This document shows positions 44,463 through 54,157 of a stretch of DNA of 64,000 nucleotides, piece by piece; position 1 is the stretch's first letter; the number at the start of each line of letters is the position of its first letter. Source of the stretch: Terriglobia bacterium (GTDB lineage: Bacteria; Acidobacteriota; Terriglobia; UBA7540); the NCBI GenBank assembly GCA_050010015.1, contig JBEKLY010000001.1, positions 1,883-65,882 of the forward strand. Reading direction: 5' to 3'. The position numbers were made by a program, and so were the translations under genes. A model generated the notes under the pieces. It saw nothing but the letters and a program-made list of their open reading frames with translations. It made no database searches and had not been told where the DNA came from.

Positions 44463-45540
44463 GGCAAAACACAAAGATTGTACAAGGGTCGGCCTGAAGA
44501 CCTTAGCTCATTTAGGCTGGGCTCTGCTCGCGGGTTGCTTGGCTTGCCAAGCCCCTCTCTGGCCGGCGCAAAAGCCTGGTTCCACTCAAGTCGTATCACC
44601 CGTACAGGCGTCGAAACCTGCTGCCCCTAAATCGTCACCAGCCAGTCGTACGGGTAGCAGTTACGTCGTCGCAAAGGACGACCTCCTGGATATCTACGTG
44701 GTCGGAGTCCAGGAGCTTTCCCGCGAGTATCGCGTGAATGCCGATGGGCTGATCACTTTGCCGATGGTTCAGCATCCCGTCATGGCCGCCGGATTAAGTC
44801 TTGAAGAGTTAGCCAAGGCGATTCGCAAAGAACTTCTGGACGGCGCCATACTCACCGACCCCGACGTCGTTGTCACCGTGAAATCGTCCACACTGAATTC
44901 CGTGGTCCTTTCCGGAGCGGTCAAGAAACCCGGGGTTTACCCCATCTACGGTCACACGATGCTGCTTGAATTGCTGACACAGGCTGAAGGGCTCAGGGAC
45001 GACGCCGGCAGCATAGCGATCATCACGCGCGGTGACAGAGCGTTGATCGGACGCAGTCAGGACGCTGCCCAGGCGGAAGGTGATACTGCTCACGCCGGCT
45101 CCCGCATGGTGGAAGTGGACGTTTGGCGGCTCTGGCAAAACGGTGACGCCAGCCTCGACCTCGAGTTGTACCCGGGGGACCGAGTCCTGGTCCAACATGC
45201 AGGAATTGTGTATGTCATGGGCGCCGTGAACCGCGCCGGTGGCTTTGTCCTGTCCAACGACCAGGAGAAGATGACCGTACTGAAAGCCGTGGCGCTGGCA
45301 GGCAGCCTCACGCGAGATGCGAAACCCAGCAAAGCGGTGATCATGCGGAACGCGATGCAAACGGCGGGAGGGGGGAAGGAAGTCCCTATCGACCTCAAGC
45401 TCATCCTGTCGAAACACGCTCCCGACGAACTGCTGCTGGCGAGTGATATTCTCTACGTCCCTGAGAGCGGGGCTAAGAGGACTCTTCACAGCGTCATCGA
45501 CGCCGCAGTCTACACAACTCTCTGGCACGTGCCTTATTAG
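44449..45540 (+). CDS. polysaccharide export outer-membrane lipoprotein (Wza-like; Poly_export plus SLBB)
   Basis: Lipobox-like LLAGCLAC. DLLDIYVVGVQELSREYRVNADGLITLPMV. SLBB-like repeats. Confidence 0.8.
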   Translation: MRRFEAKHKDCTRVGLKTLAHLGWALLAGCLACQAPLWPAQKPGSTQVVSPVQASKPAAPKSSPASRTGSSYVVAKDDLLDIYVVGVQELSREYRVNADGLITLPMVQHPVMAAGLSLEELAKAIRKELLDGAILTDPDVVVTVKSSTLNSVVLSGAVKKPGVYPIYGHTMLLELLTQAEGLRDDAGSIAIITRGDRALIGRSQDAAQAEGDTAHAGSRMVEVDVWRLWQNGDASLDLELYPGDRVLVQHAGIVYVMGAVNRAGGFVLSNDQEKMTVLKAVALAGSLTRDAKPSKAVIMRNAMQTAGGGKEVPIDLKLILSKHAPDELLLASDILYVPESGAKRTLHSVIDAAVYTTLWHVPY

Positions 45541-45565
45541 GTGAGTCAATGCGCGGCCTGCGCGC

Positions 45566-47926
45566 ATGGAAGGAAGCTACACATCAATGTCCAAAGAAGA
45601 GCGTCGAGAAGCATGGGGAGATCGGAGAAACGAAATGACTGCTCAAGATAATAAGCCAGTTCCCACCAATCCAGGCGTGCCCGCCCGGCAAACTCAGCTT
45701 CGATCCCCGGTCTTCGACATGGTGGCTGCCACTTCCGAGACCGTCTCCTTGGGAGCTTACTGGGAGATTCTCAGGAAGCGCCGGGCCACCATCCTCGCCG
45801 CGACCGTGATCACCACGGGTCTCGTGGCCCTGGTGGTTTTCCGCATGAGACCGATCTACCAGGCCACCGCCCGCATGGAAGTTCAGGCCGAGACACCTCA
45901 GCTCCAAACTCTTAATAATCTAAACCAGCCTTCGGCTACCGATGACGCGTTCCTGCAAACCCAAGTGGATCTGCTGCAAAACAACAACCTGGCCTGGGAA
46001 ACCGCCGAGCAACTCAAGTTGGCCACATTGCCGGAGTTCCAGCGACCGACAACGATTTCCTCGTTACAGCCGACGCCCGCTTCCACGGAGGCTCAAGCAG
46101 CCGTCATTCGAGCTCTCAAGGGCCGCCTGAAAGTCAATCTACTCCCCAATAGCCGCCTGATCGAAGTCAGTTTTGAAAGCACTGATCCAAAGCTGGCGGC
46201 AAGTATAGCTAATACTCTGGTGAGCAATTATGTCGAGCTAAGTTTCCGCTCAAAATACGATGCCACCCGGCACGCTACATCCTGGATGGAACAGCAACTG
46301 GACGAGCTAAAAGAAAAGGTGGAGAAATCCCAGCAGGATCTGGTCGATTATGAGCGCGTAAACTCCATTGCCGAAGTCGGCGACAAACAAAACATCGTGC
46401 AGGAACGCCTTTCGGACCTGAGCAAAGACTTAACGGGAGCAGAAACCGACCGGGCCAACAAGGAGTCAATCTACGACTCGATTCAGAGCAACATCGCCGA
46501 TGCCGCCCTGGTGACCAATGATCCTCTATTGCAGCAATTAGATTCCAAATACGCGGAACTCAAAACCGAATATGCCGCGTCGACATCTCAATACGGCCCC
46601 GGTTTCTATAAGGTCAAGGAGCTTAGCAATCAGCTCAGCGAGGTTGAATCGCTCATGGATCGGGAGAGGAAGCATGTCGCGGAACGGATTGGGAGCGACT
46701 ACAGAACTGCTCTCCGCCGGGAGAAGCTTCTTTCCCAGGAGGTGACCCGGCAAAAAGCAGAGGTTGAGAAGCTCAACCAACTCCTTATTCAGTACAATTT
46801 GCTGAAGGGGGAATTCGAAACCAATCAGGAACTCTACCGGGACCTTCTGAAGCGCCTCAAAGACGCAACCATTTCCGAGAGCTTGCGTGCGACGACCGTC
46901 CGGCTGGCTGACGAGGCCTTGGTGCCCACTGCCCCCATCCGTCCGAACCGCAAGGCGGACGTGGCCACGGGGTTGATTGTGGGGTTGATTCTAGGTGTGA
47001 CGCTGGCGTTTATTCAGAACAGTCTGGATCGCTCCATCAAGACGGCACAGGATCTGGAGCGGATTGTCGCCCTTCCCACCCTGGCCATGATTCCGCAAGC
47101 GGCCAAATCGCGGAGGCGGTATGGCCGCCTTTTCCCGCGCGGGCCTTCGAACGGCACAGGAGATGCAACCGTGGCGACGATGGTTCTGAACCAACCCTCG
47201 TCGGAAATTGCGGAGTCTTTCAGGATCTTGCGGACCTCCATCCTGCTATCCACGGCCCCGCGACCGCCTCAAATGCTGCTGGTCACCAGCTCAAATCCTC
47301 GCGAAGGAAAGACTAGTACGAGCGTCAACCTGGCTTTGGCGCTTGCGCAGCGGGGAAGTCGCGTTCTCCTGGTCGACGCCGATCTCCGCAACCCAGGCGT
47401 CTCTAGAGTTCTGGGGTTGAACGGGAACGGTGCTAAGGGCTTGAGCAGCTATCTCACCGGGGCGCATGACTTTGACTCCGCTATCCATCCCCACGAAACC
47501 CTGCCCAATATGTGGGTGCTTCCCTCCGGGCCTATTCCTCCCAATCCGGCCGAATTGCTTTCATCCCCAACCATGGAAGGGTTGGTGCGTGACCTCCGAG
47601 GCCGTTTTGACCACATTGTGATTGACTCTCCACCGCTGCTGCTGGTTACGGACGCGACCCTGCTATCAGCGTGGGTGGATGGCGTTGTCCTGGTGGTTGA
47701 AAGTGGCGTGGCGTCGCGTGGGGGAGTAAAATGGGCGCGTCGCATCCTGGATCAGGCTGGAGCCAGGGTACTGGGTGTGGCTCTCAACAAGCTCGATCAA
47801 AAAGTCGACGGGTTCTACGGCTCGCGTTATCGTTACTATGGCTATTATTACCACCGCGGGTTTATGACTTCTGAGCTCCCTGGAAAGCCGGCGTCACAGG
47901 ATCACCCGCCCAGCGTTGCGAACTGA
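45566..47926 (+). CDS. polysaccharide co-polymerase / BY-tyrosine kinase (Wzc/GumC-like)
   Basis: Wzz-type N-terminus with two TMs and a coiled coil. P-loop region SSNPREGKTSTSVNLA, VLLVDADLR, and a C-terminal Tyr cluster YGSRYRYYGYYYH. Confidence 0.85.
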   Translation: MEGSYTSMSKEERREAWGDRRNEMTAQDNKPVPTNPGVPARQTQLRSPVFDMVAATSETVSLGAYWEILRKRRATILAATVITTGLVALVVFRMRPIYQATARMEVQAETPQLQTLNNLNQPSATDDAFLQTQVDLLQNNNLAWETAEQLKLATLPEFQRPTTISSLQPTPASTEAQAAVIRALKGRLKVNLLPNSRLIEVSFESTDPKLAASIANTLVSNYVELSFRSKYDATRHATSWMEQQLDELKEKVEKSQQDLVDYERVNSIAEVGDKQNIVQERLSDLSKDLTGAETDRANKESIYDSIQSNIADAALVTNDPLLQQLDSKYAELKTEYAASTSQYGPGFYKVKELSNQLSEVESLMDRERKHVAERIGSDYRTALRREKLLSQEVTRQKAEVEKLNQLLIQYNLLKGEFETNQELYRDLLKRLKDATISESLRATTVRLADEALVPTAPIRPNRKADVATGLIVGLILGVTLAFIQNSLDRSIKTAQDLERIVALPTLAMIPQAAKSRRRYGRLFPRGPSNGTGDATVATMVLNQPSSEIAESFRILRTSILLSTAPRPPQMLLVTSSNPREGKTSTSVNLALALAQRGSRVLLVDADLRNPGVSRVLGLNGNGAKGLSSYLTGAHDFDSAIHPHETLPNMWVLPSGPIPPNPAELLSSPTMEGLVRDLRGRFDHIVIDSPPLLLVTDATLLSAWVDGVVLVVESGVASRGGVKWARRILDQAGARVLGVALNKLDQKVDGFYGSRYRYYGYYYHRGFMTSELPGKPASQDHPPSVAN

Positions 47927-47937
47927 AAGACGAACCG

Positions 47938-49095
47938 ATGCAAAGATGCGATATCGCAGTGGTTGGAGCAGGCCCCGCGGGATTGTTTGCCGCCTCTCGC
48001 CTTGCCGCTGCCGGTTTTCGTGTAGCTGTGTTCGATGGACAGATGCGGATCGGCGAGCATGCTGTCTGTTCCGGGGTGATTGGCGAAGAGGCGTTTCTCA
48101 GGTTTGGCCTGCCCTCCCGTTCCGTCTTGAATCGGATCTTTTGCTTCCAGGCTATCTCGCCTGCCGGCCTAAGGTTGGAGCACCGCTCGCCGACGCCCCT
48201 GGCGCGCGTGGTGGATAAGGCGGCGTTCAATCAGGACCTTGCAGATCTGGCGAGGTCCGCCGGAGCAAATATCAATCTTGGCTCGTTCGTCGCTGCACTC
48301 AGGCGCGAGAGATACGGGGTCAGCCTGGTCGCATCGGGCCGGGATGGAACCACGAGCGAACTGAAGGCGAAGGTGGCGCTCGTCGCCTCAGGCGTAAACA
48401 GTGGCCTCAACGCGGAACTGGGCCTTGTTAAACCTCGGGAATTTCTTCGAGCCATGCAAGCGGATATTCCGTTCGGCAAAGATGGCGCCGCCAATCCCAC
48501 CGAGTTGTACGTGGGGCGCTCTGTGGCGCCCGGCGCCTTCGGATGGAAGATTCCGTTGGGCCAGGGCCGCGTCCGACTCGGATTGATGGCCGACCGCGAT
48601 CCTCGCCCGTATTTCGAAGCCCTCGCGCGGCGCGTTGCCCCTGAACTCGACCTCGACCGCATCACCCCCAGACAGAAGGCCATCTGCCAGGTGCCCGTTG
48701 GCGGAAGCGTGACGGACCGAATCGTGGCCATCGGCGAGGCCGCTTGCCACGTCAAAACCTCGACCGGCGGTGGGATTTATTACGGTCTTCTGTCAGCTGA
48801 AATGGCGGCGGATGTCGTCATGGGCGCCTTTCGGAAGGGCGACTTCAGCATTTCGACGCTGGGTCGGTTTGAACGTCTTTGGCGGTCGGCGTTCGGAATC
48901 GAATTGACGGCCGGTTATCTCGCCCGCAAAACCGCCGCCCACTTCTCAGACAGCCTCATCGAGAAAACCTTTGAAAGCGCCAACACCATGGATCTGATCC
49001 GGCGATTGAACGGGCGCCTCAAATTCGACTGGCACCATCAAGCGATTGCTACCTCCATTCGCAGCCTCTTCGCTCGGGAAAGCACTCTCGGCTAG
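47938..49095 (+). CDS. FAD-dependent oxidoreductase of the geranylgeranyl-reductase family
   Basis: DIAVVGAGPAGLFAA dinucleotide fold. GEAACHVKTSTGGGIYYG matches the GDAAG..P.TGEGI region of the family. Confidence 0.7.
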   Translation: MQRCDIAVVGAGPAGLFAASRLAAAGFRVAVFDGQMRIGEHAVCSGVIGEEAFLRFGLPSRSVLNRIFCFQAISPAGLRLEHRSPTPLARVVDKAAFNQDLADLARSAGANINLGSFVAALRRERYGVSLVASGRDGTTSELKAKVALVASGVNSGLNAELGLVKPREFLRAMQADIPFGKDGAANPTELYVGRSVAPGAFGWKIPLGQGRVRLGLMADRDPRPYFEALARRVAPELDLDRITPRQKAICQVPVGGSVTDRIVAIGEAACHVKTSTGGGIYYGLLSAEMAADVVMGAFRKGDFSISTLGRFERLWRSAFGIELTAGYLARKTAAHFSDSLIEKTFESANTMDLIRRLNGRLKFDWHHQAIATSIRSLFARESTLG

Positions 49096-49223
49096 GTGTC
49101 CTGCCCAACGGTGCTGTCCTAATTTGGTCGCAGCGCCGCCATCTTGGCGGCTCCATTGCCGGCTGGAAGCCGGCGTTACGGGCCAACTTAGGGCACTACC
49201 TGCCCAACCAAGCTCTTGACAAT

Positions 49224-49279
49224 CCCCTCTCCCCCTTGGGGGAGAGGGTGGCGAGCCTAGCGAGACGGGTGAGGGGGTC
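49224..49279. repeat. copy of the CCCTCTCCCCC/GGGTGAGGGGG palindromic repeat family
   Basis: CCCCTCTCCCCCTTGGGGGAGAGGGTGGCGAGCC...GGGTGAGGGGGTC. Confidence 0.75.
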
Positions 49280-49325
49280 GGCCGGACACCACATTCGGTT
49301 TCTTCAGCCATCAAAAGGAAACTCC

Positions 49326-50015
49326 ATGCTGAAACGTGGCTTTGATGTTTTGCTTTCAGCGCTTGGTCTGATCGTGTCGCTCCCGGTTTGGGCCGTCATC
49401 GCCCTGGCAATAAAACTTCAAGACAACGGCCCTGTCTTCTACCGGCAGCAACGAGTGGGAAAGGACGGGCGCCTGTTCATGGGTTTGAAGTTTCGCTCCA
49501 TGGTCTTCGACGCGGATAAGAGGTGGGGCGCGGTACCCGCCAAGGAGAACGATCCGAGGATTACCAAGGTGGGCAAATTGCTGCGGGCGACCGCCATGGA
49601 CGAACTTCCGCAACTCTGGAATATTCTTCGGGGCGACATGAGCTTTGTCGGTCCCCGGCCGGAATGGATCGAGTTGGTCAAGCAGTTCCGTCGCGAAATC
49701 CCGTGTTTTGATTTGCGCCACAAGGTCAAACCTGGGCTCACCGGCTTGGCGCAGGTTTACGGCCACAGCGAAATATCGCGCCGGCACAAGCTTCGCTATG
49801 ACTTGCTCTATGCCCGGCGGCAAAGCTTCTGGATGGACATCCGCTTGGTGCTCTTATCATTTGCGGTCACTTTCGCTGGCAGGTGGGAAGTCCGGGAAGG
49901 AAAAGCCCCGCGCCGGCGTCCGCTGTTGCGCGCCAAGAAAGCCATCGCCCGATCTGTCTGGGCCGCCCAGACCTCGCTCCCCAAAGGCGCCTCCGAGCTG
50001 CCGCCTTCCCTGTAG
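49326..50015 (+). CDS. priming phosphoglycosyl transferase (bacterial sugar transferase family, small EpsL/WbaP-C type)
   Basis: One TM, then DPRITKVGKLLRATAMDELPQLWNILRGDMSFVGPRP. Confidence 0.85.
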   Translation: MLKRGFDVLLSALGLIVSLPVWAVIALAIKLQDNGPVFYRQQRVGKDGRLFMGLKFRSMVFDADKRWGAVPAKENDPRITKVGKLLRATAMDELPQLWNILRGDMSFVGPRPEWIELVKQFRREIPCFDLRHKVKPGLTGLAQVYGHSEISRRHKLRYDLLYARRQSFWMDIRLVLLSFAVTFAGRWEVREGKAPRRRPLLRAKKAIARSVWAAQTSLPKGASELPPSL

Positions 50016-50078
50016 CACTGGCCTTCAGCTTCTTCTCGCGCCGCGATGATTTCTACTGCGCGTTCTGTGAGGTTCTTT

Positions 50079-50107
50079 CTTGAATTTGGAATCTTGAATT
50101 TTGAATC
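50079..50107. repeat. 7-nt-period tract (TTGAATT/TGGAATC/TTGAATT/TTGAATC)
   Basis: Direct reading. Confidence 0.7.
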
Positions 50108-50132
50108 GCGCCGCCGCCGCGCTGAGGTGCGT

Positions 50133-51005
50133 ATGCCCATGACGATTCACAATCAACTCGCGGTCACATCCAATTGTTCTTACCGAAATGTCCGTGGGGT
50201 TCCGAGCGCCCGCATCATTCCTCCCCCTGACGCCAGCACCGCTAATATTCCCTGTGCCCGCGTCCTGGGCGTTCCCGTGCACGTGATCGACGCGCCGGGC
50301 GTGGTGCGGCAAATGGATGCATGGATTCAAGGACGGTATCGACAACGCTGGATTGCGGTGACCAGCTCCCACGGCATCGTGGAAGGATTCAAGCATCGCG
50401 AGTTCAGGCAGATCCTCGAATCGGCCGCCCTCTCGGTTCCTGACGGCGAGTGGACCGCCCGCGCCGCCGCCGCCCGCCTCTCCCTCTCGCCCCTGCGGGT
50501 CCGGGGAGCTGACTTGATCCTGGCGTTCTGTGCGCTTGCTGCCGAACGGGGCTATAGCGCGTATTTCTTGGGTGACACCGTCGACGTGCTGGAGCGTCTC
50601 ACCTCGAAACTCCGCAGCCAGTTCCCGGGCATGCGGATTGCCGGCGCCTATTCTCCTCCCTTCCGTCACCTTGGCGGCGACGAGAACGACCGGATCATCA
50701 AGAAGATCAACGACGCGAAGCCGGATGTCGTCTGGGTGCTTCTGGGCCTGCCGAAACAGGAGCTGTGGATTTACGCCAACCGGCCCAGGCTGAACGCGCC
50801 CATTGTGGTCGCCGCCGGCGCGGCCGCCAAGTTTGTGAGCGGCAACGTCACCGCCGCTCCCGCCTGGATCAGCCGGCACGGCCTCGAGTGGCTCTGGCGC
50901 CTCGCGCGCGAACCCCGCCGCTGCTGGCATCGCGCCATGGTTTACGGCCCGCAATTCGCGCTCTACACCCTCCTCGAGCTGAAGGGCCTGCGCCGGTTTG
51001 ACTAA
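50133..51005 (+). CDS. WecB/TagA/CpsF family glycosyltransferase (GT26)
   Basis: VLGVPVHVID..., DVVWVLLGLPKQELW and GLEWLWRLAREPRR are typical of the family. Confidence 0.8.
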   Translation: MPMTIHNQLAVTSNCSYRNVRGVPSARIIPPPDASTANIPCARVLGVPVHVIDAPGVVRQMDAWIQGRYRQRWIAVTSSHGIVEGFKHREFRQILESAALSVPDGEWTARAAAARLSLSPLRVRGADLILAFCALAAERGYSAYFLGDTVDVLERLTSKLRSQFPGMRIAGAYSPPFRHLGGDENDRIIKKINDAKPDVVWVLLGLPKQELWIYANRPRLNAPIVVAAGAAAKFVSGNVTAAPAWISRHGLEWLWRLAREPRRCWHRAMVYGPQFALYTLLELKGLRRFD

Positions 51006-51119
51006 CGAAGATGCCAAGCTTGTCATCCCCGCGCCAGCGGGAATCCATTTTCTGGAATCTGGGATCGAGCACGATAAGCCACGGACAAAGGACGACAGGC
51101 AGAACTGAGGAATAGTCAA

Positions 51120-52346
51120 TTGAGAATCGCCAATCGAGCATCGAAGACAAACACGTTTCTCCCTGCACTTTTGCTTTTTGCCATTTGTCTTTTGGCTTTT
51201 GCTTTGGTTCTGGGCGCCCATCCAGTCTCCAGCCCTCGTTCCGACGCGTCCCCCAAAGTCCTGGGCCTGGACAAGGTGATCGCCTTCACCTACAGCCCCG
51301 GGAAGGATTTTGATCCGAAGCAACTGCGCTCGGTCACTCTGATCGGCCCGGGCAAGCCGCAGGATTGGCAGTACTGGCAGGCGCGCGGTGTGGTGCTGGG
51401 CGTGGGTCACACGTGGTTTGACCTGTTGCACCCCCCGCTCGAGCAGGGTGTGGAGAACCTGCTCAGTCAGGACTTCGGCGGCAACCCCCATCCGCTGGTC
51501 ATGATCGACGAATTCGGTTTCGACTTGGGCGGCCACATGGACCAGAAATCCGCCCAGCTTCTCCGCCGGGTGAAGCTCCGCAAGCCGGAACTCGCGCTCG
51601 CGGTTTTCGAGATGCGCGGCCCCATCCCGCAAGTCCTGGCGGAAGCTTACCGCGACACCGCCGACCTGGTGATGATGGAGAGCTACCTGGGCGGCAAGAG
51701 CCAGTACTGGTGGCTCGCCTGCCAACTCTGGTCCGCGCGCTGCTACGGCATCCTGCCGAAGACCATCGCCGTCCTGGGCGTGGGCAAAGGCGGCAATCCC
51801 GGCGAGAACTGGGCGGGGACCAAGGAGGAACTCGAGCAGCAGATCCGCTTCGTCCGCTTGATTGCCCCCGAGTCGCCCGGCGTAGGCTTCTACGGCGGCA
51901 CCCCCGAACTGCTGGCCCACGCGGACGCCCTGTGCGCGCGCTTCTCTGCTCTGCCCACTGACGGCTCCGGCCTCCCGGCGGACCTGCGCACCCTTGCCGC
52001 TGTTTTCTCCGACCGGCATGAGAAGCCCACCCTGATCGTCTCGCCCGACATGGTCGAGCCCGACTACAACGAAGACGGCAAGGGCCTGGCCGAGCCCAAA
52101 ACCTTCCGCCCTTACCTGATCAACCTCGGCGACGCGGCCGCGCACAACGTCCGAGTGCGCCTGCGCAACCCGCCCGACAAAGGCGACAACGTCTTTGCCG
52201 AAGGCGTCGTTCCCCTTATCCCGCCCCACAGCGAAGCCGTCGGCGCCATCCCCGTCACCGCCGAGTGGCACGTGTGGGTCGGCGAATGGATTATCGAAGT
52301 CGACGCCCCCGGCTGCACCGTCCTCCCCTTCCGTATGCGCCGCTGA
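51120..52346 (+). CDS. hypothetical exported protein inside the EPS cluster (408 aa)
   Basis: N-terminal anchor/signal FLPALLLFAICLLAFALVLGA. No recognised motif. TTG start is uncertain. Confidence 0.55.
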   Translation: MRIANRASKTNTFLPALLLFAICLLAFALVLGAHPVSSPRSDASPKVLGLDKVIAFTYSPGKDFDPKQLRSVTLIGPGKPQDWQYWQARGVVLGVGHTWFDLLHPPLEQGVENLLSQDFGGNPHPLVMIDEFGFDLGGHMDQKSAQLLRRVKLRKPELALAVFEMRGPIPQVLAEAYRDTADLVMMESYLGGKSQYWWLACQLWSARCYGILPKTIAVLGVGKGGNPGENWAGTKEELEQQIRFVRLIAPESPGVGFYGGTPELLAHADALCARFSALPTDGSGLPADLRTLAAVFSDRHEKPTLIVSPDMVEPDYNEDGKGLAEPKTFRPYLINLGDAAAHNVRVRLRNPPDKGDNVFAEGVVPLIPPHSEAVGAIPVTAEWHVWVGEWIIEVDAPGCTVLPFRMRR

Positions 52347-52351
52347 CCCGT

Positions 52352-52432
52352 CGATTTTCGAATTTCGATTTTCCGGTTTCCAGTTTCAATTTTCCATTTT
52401 CGCTTTTCAAATCTCCAGTTTCCGGTTTCTCC
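52352..52432. repeat. eleven-unit 7-nt-period tract (CGATTTT/CGAATTT/CGATTTT/CCGGTTT/CCAGTTT/CAATTTT/CCATTTT/CGCTTTT/CAAATCT/CCAGTTT/CCGGTTT)
   Basis: Direct reading. A shorter tract of the same type lies at 52578-52600. Confidence 0.8.
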
Positions 52433-52438
52433 GTAGCT

Positions 52439-52575
52439 GGCTGCGGAAAAACTCGCTGGCACTGTCATTCTGAGGAGCCGCAGGCGACGAAGAATCTCGC
52501 ACTGCGTTGAAAATACACAGAGCGAGATCCTTCGCTCCGCTCAGGATGACAGCTTGGAGGGGTTTTCCCGCAGCC
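52439..52575. mobile_element. 137-bp MITE-like palindrome, opposite orientation to the 17.7-kb copy
   Basis: GGCTGCGGAAAAAC ... GTCATTCTGAGGAGCCGCAGGCGACGAAGAATCTCGC ... GCGAGATCCTTCGCTCCGCTCAGGATGAC ... GTTTTCCCGCAGCC. Confidence 0.75.
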
Positions 52576-52603
52576 CGCTGGTTTCCAGTTTCCATCTTCT
52601 AAT

Positions 52604-54157
52604 ATGACAACCGCCGAATTCCCTGCCGTGCCGCTTGCCCGGCCGATCTTCCACGTGGGCGGCAGAACCATCGCCCGCAACACGGTTTTGAACATTGTCG
52701 GCCAAGTAGCGCCGCTCGCGGTGGGCATCGTCACCACGCCTTACGTCATCCACCGCCTGGGGCCCGACCGCTACGGCCTCCTGGCGCTCGTCTGGATCGT
52801 GGTGGGCTACTTCGCCCTTTTCGATCTGGGGATCGGCCCCGCTACCACCAAGTTCGTCGCCGAACTTCTGGGCCAGGGCCGCACTGAGGACCTCCCCGCC
52901 ATGGTCTGGACCGCGCTCGCCACCCAAACGGGCACGGGCCTTGTGGCGGGGCTTATACTGGCTGCCGCCTCGCCTGCCCTGGTCAATCACCTTCTCAAGA
53001 TTCCTCCCGCCCTGCGCACCGAGGCCCTCTGGGTGTTCTTTATTCTGGCGGTCTCTTTTCCGATCAACTTCGCCACCGGCTCGTTAAGGGGCGTCCTCGC
53101 AGCCTTTCAGAGGTTTGACCTCGTGAACGCCGTCGGAGTCCCTACCGCCATGCTCTGGTATGTCATACCCGTCGGCGCGTTGATGCTCGGATTCGGCCTT
53201 CCGGGAATCGTGCTGTTCCTGGTCGTCAGCCGGGTCGTAGCGCTCGCGGCCTTCTTCGTCTTCTGCCTGCGAATCTGCCCGGAGCTCGCACACCGCTGCG
53301 CCTTCGACCGCTCGCTCATCCGCCGCCTGCTCGGCTTCGGCGGCTGGGTTGCCGTCTCCGCCACCCTCGCCCCGATCCTGATTTATCTCGAGCGATTCCT
53401 CATCGGCGCGCTCATCTCCGTCGCCGCGCTCGCTTACTACACTCCCGCTTATATGATCTCGAGCAGACTGGTAATAATCCCCGCCAGCCTTGGCGCCACG
53501 CTCTTCCCCGCCTTCAGCGCTTCCGCCGGAAGGGGAGATAGCGAATGGATCAGAAATGCTCTCGGCCGTTCCCTGAAGTCCCTGATTCTTCTATTGGGAC
53601 CGACTTCCTTGGTACTCGCCTTCTTCGCCAGACCTCTCCTTACACTTTGGGTGGGACCAAAGTTTGCGGCCGAGAGCACGCTTGTGCTTCAGATCCTGGC
53701 GTTCGGCGCATTCCTCAACTGCCTCGCACAGGTACCGTACAACCTTGTGCAGGGCATCGGCCGCCCAGACCTGACCGCCAAGTTCTACGCGGTTGAAACG
53801 CCCCTCTACGTGGGTCTGGTGTGGCTTCTGGTCAGCCGGTTCGGCCTTCCCGGGGCAGCCCTCGCCTGGGCCATTCGAGTGAGCCTTGATTTTGTTCTTC
53901 TCACCCTAGCGGCCTGCTGGTTGACGCGTACTCCTCTCCGTTCGCTTGCGAGCAGAGATTTGTTACGAAGCCTATGGGCGCTGGCGGCGTTCGCCACTGG
54001 CCTCGCAATTCTGTGGAAGTCACCCCATGTGCTGATCACCAATGCTTGCTTCACACTATTGCTTGGGACAGGGTTTCTGCTGAGCGGTTGGCGTTACGTT
54101 TTGGACGGGGAGGAAAGATGGCACATCAGACAGTGGCTCAGGGGAGCGCGCGGATGA
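52604..54157 (+). CDS. Wzx-type polysaccharide flippase (MOP superfamily)
   Basis: About 14 TM helices. N-terminal NTVLNIVGQVAPLAVGIVTTPYVIHRLGPDRYGLL is typical of polysaccharide biosynthesis protein flippases. Confidence 0.8.
   Translation: MTTAEFPAVPLARPIFHVGGRTIARNTVLNIVGQVAPLAVGIVTTPYVIHRLGPDRYGLLALVWIVVGYFALFDLGIGPATTKFVAELLGQGRTEDLPAMVWTALATQTGTGLVAGLILAAASPALVNHLLKIPPALRTEALWVFFILAVSFPINFATGSLRGVLAAFQRFDLVNAVGVPTAMLWYVIPVGALMLGFGLPGIVLFLVVSRVVALAAFFVFCLRICPELAHRCAFDRSLIRRLLGFGGWVAVSATLAPILIYLERFLIGALISVAALAYYTPAYMISSRLVIIPASLGATLFPAFSASAGRGDSEWIRNALGRSLKSLILLLGPTSLVLAFFARPLLTLWVGPKFAAESTLVLQILAFGAFLNCLAQVPYNLVQGIGRPDLTAKFYAVETPLYVGLVWLLVSRFGLPGAALAWAIRVSLDFVLLTLAACWLTRTPLRSLASRDLLRSLWALAAFATGLAILWKSPHVLITNACFTLLLGTGFLLSGWRYVLDGEERWHIRQWLRGARG

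Noticed and set aside
50025-52271. 748-aa ORF on the minus strand, the longest uncalled ORF in the window
   Set aside because: It is entirely antisense to two well-supported plus-strand genes (the GT26 transferase and the 408-aa protein). Its Gly/Arg/Ala-rich, low-complexity composition is typical of shadow ORFs in GC-rich DNA, and it has no motif.
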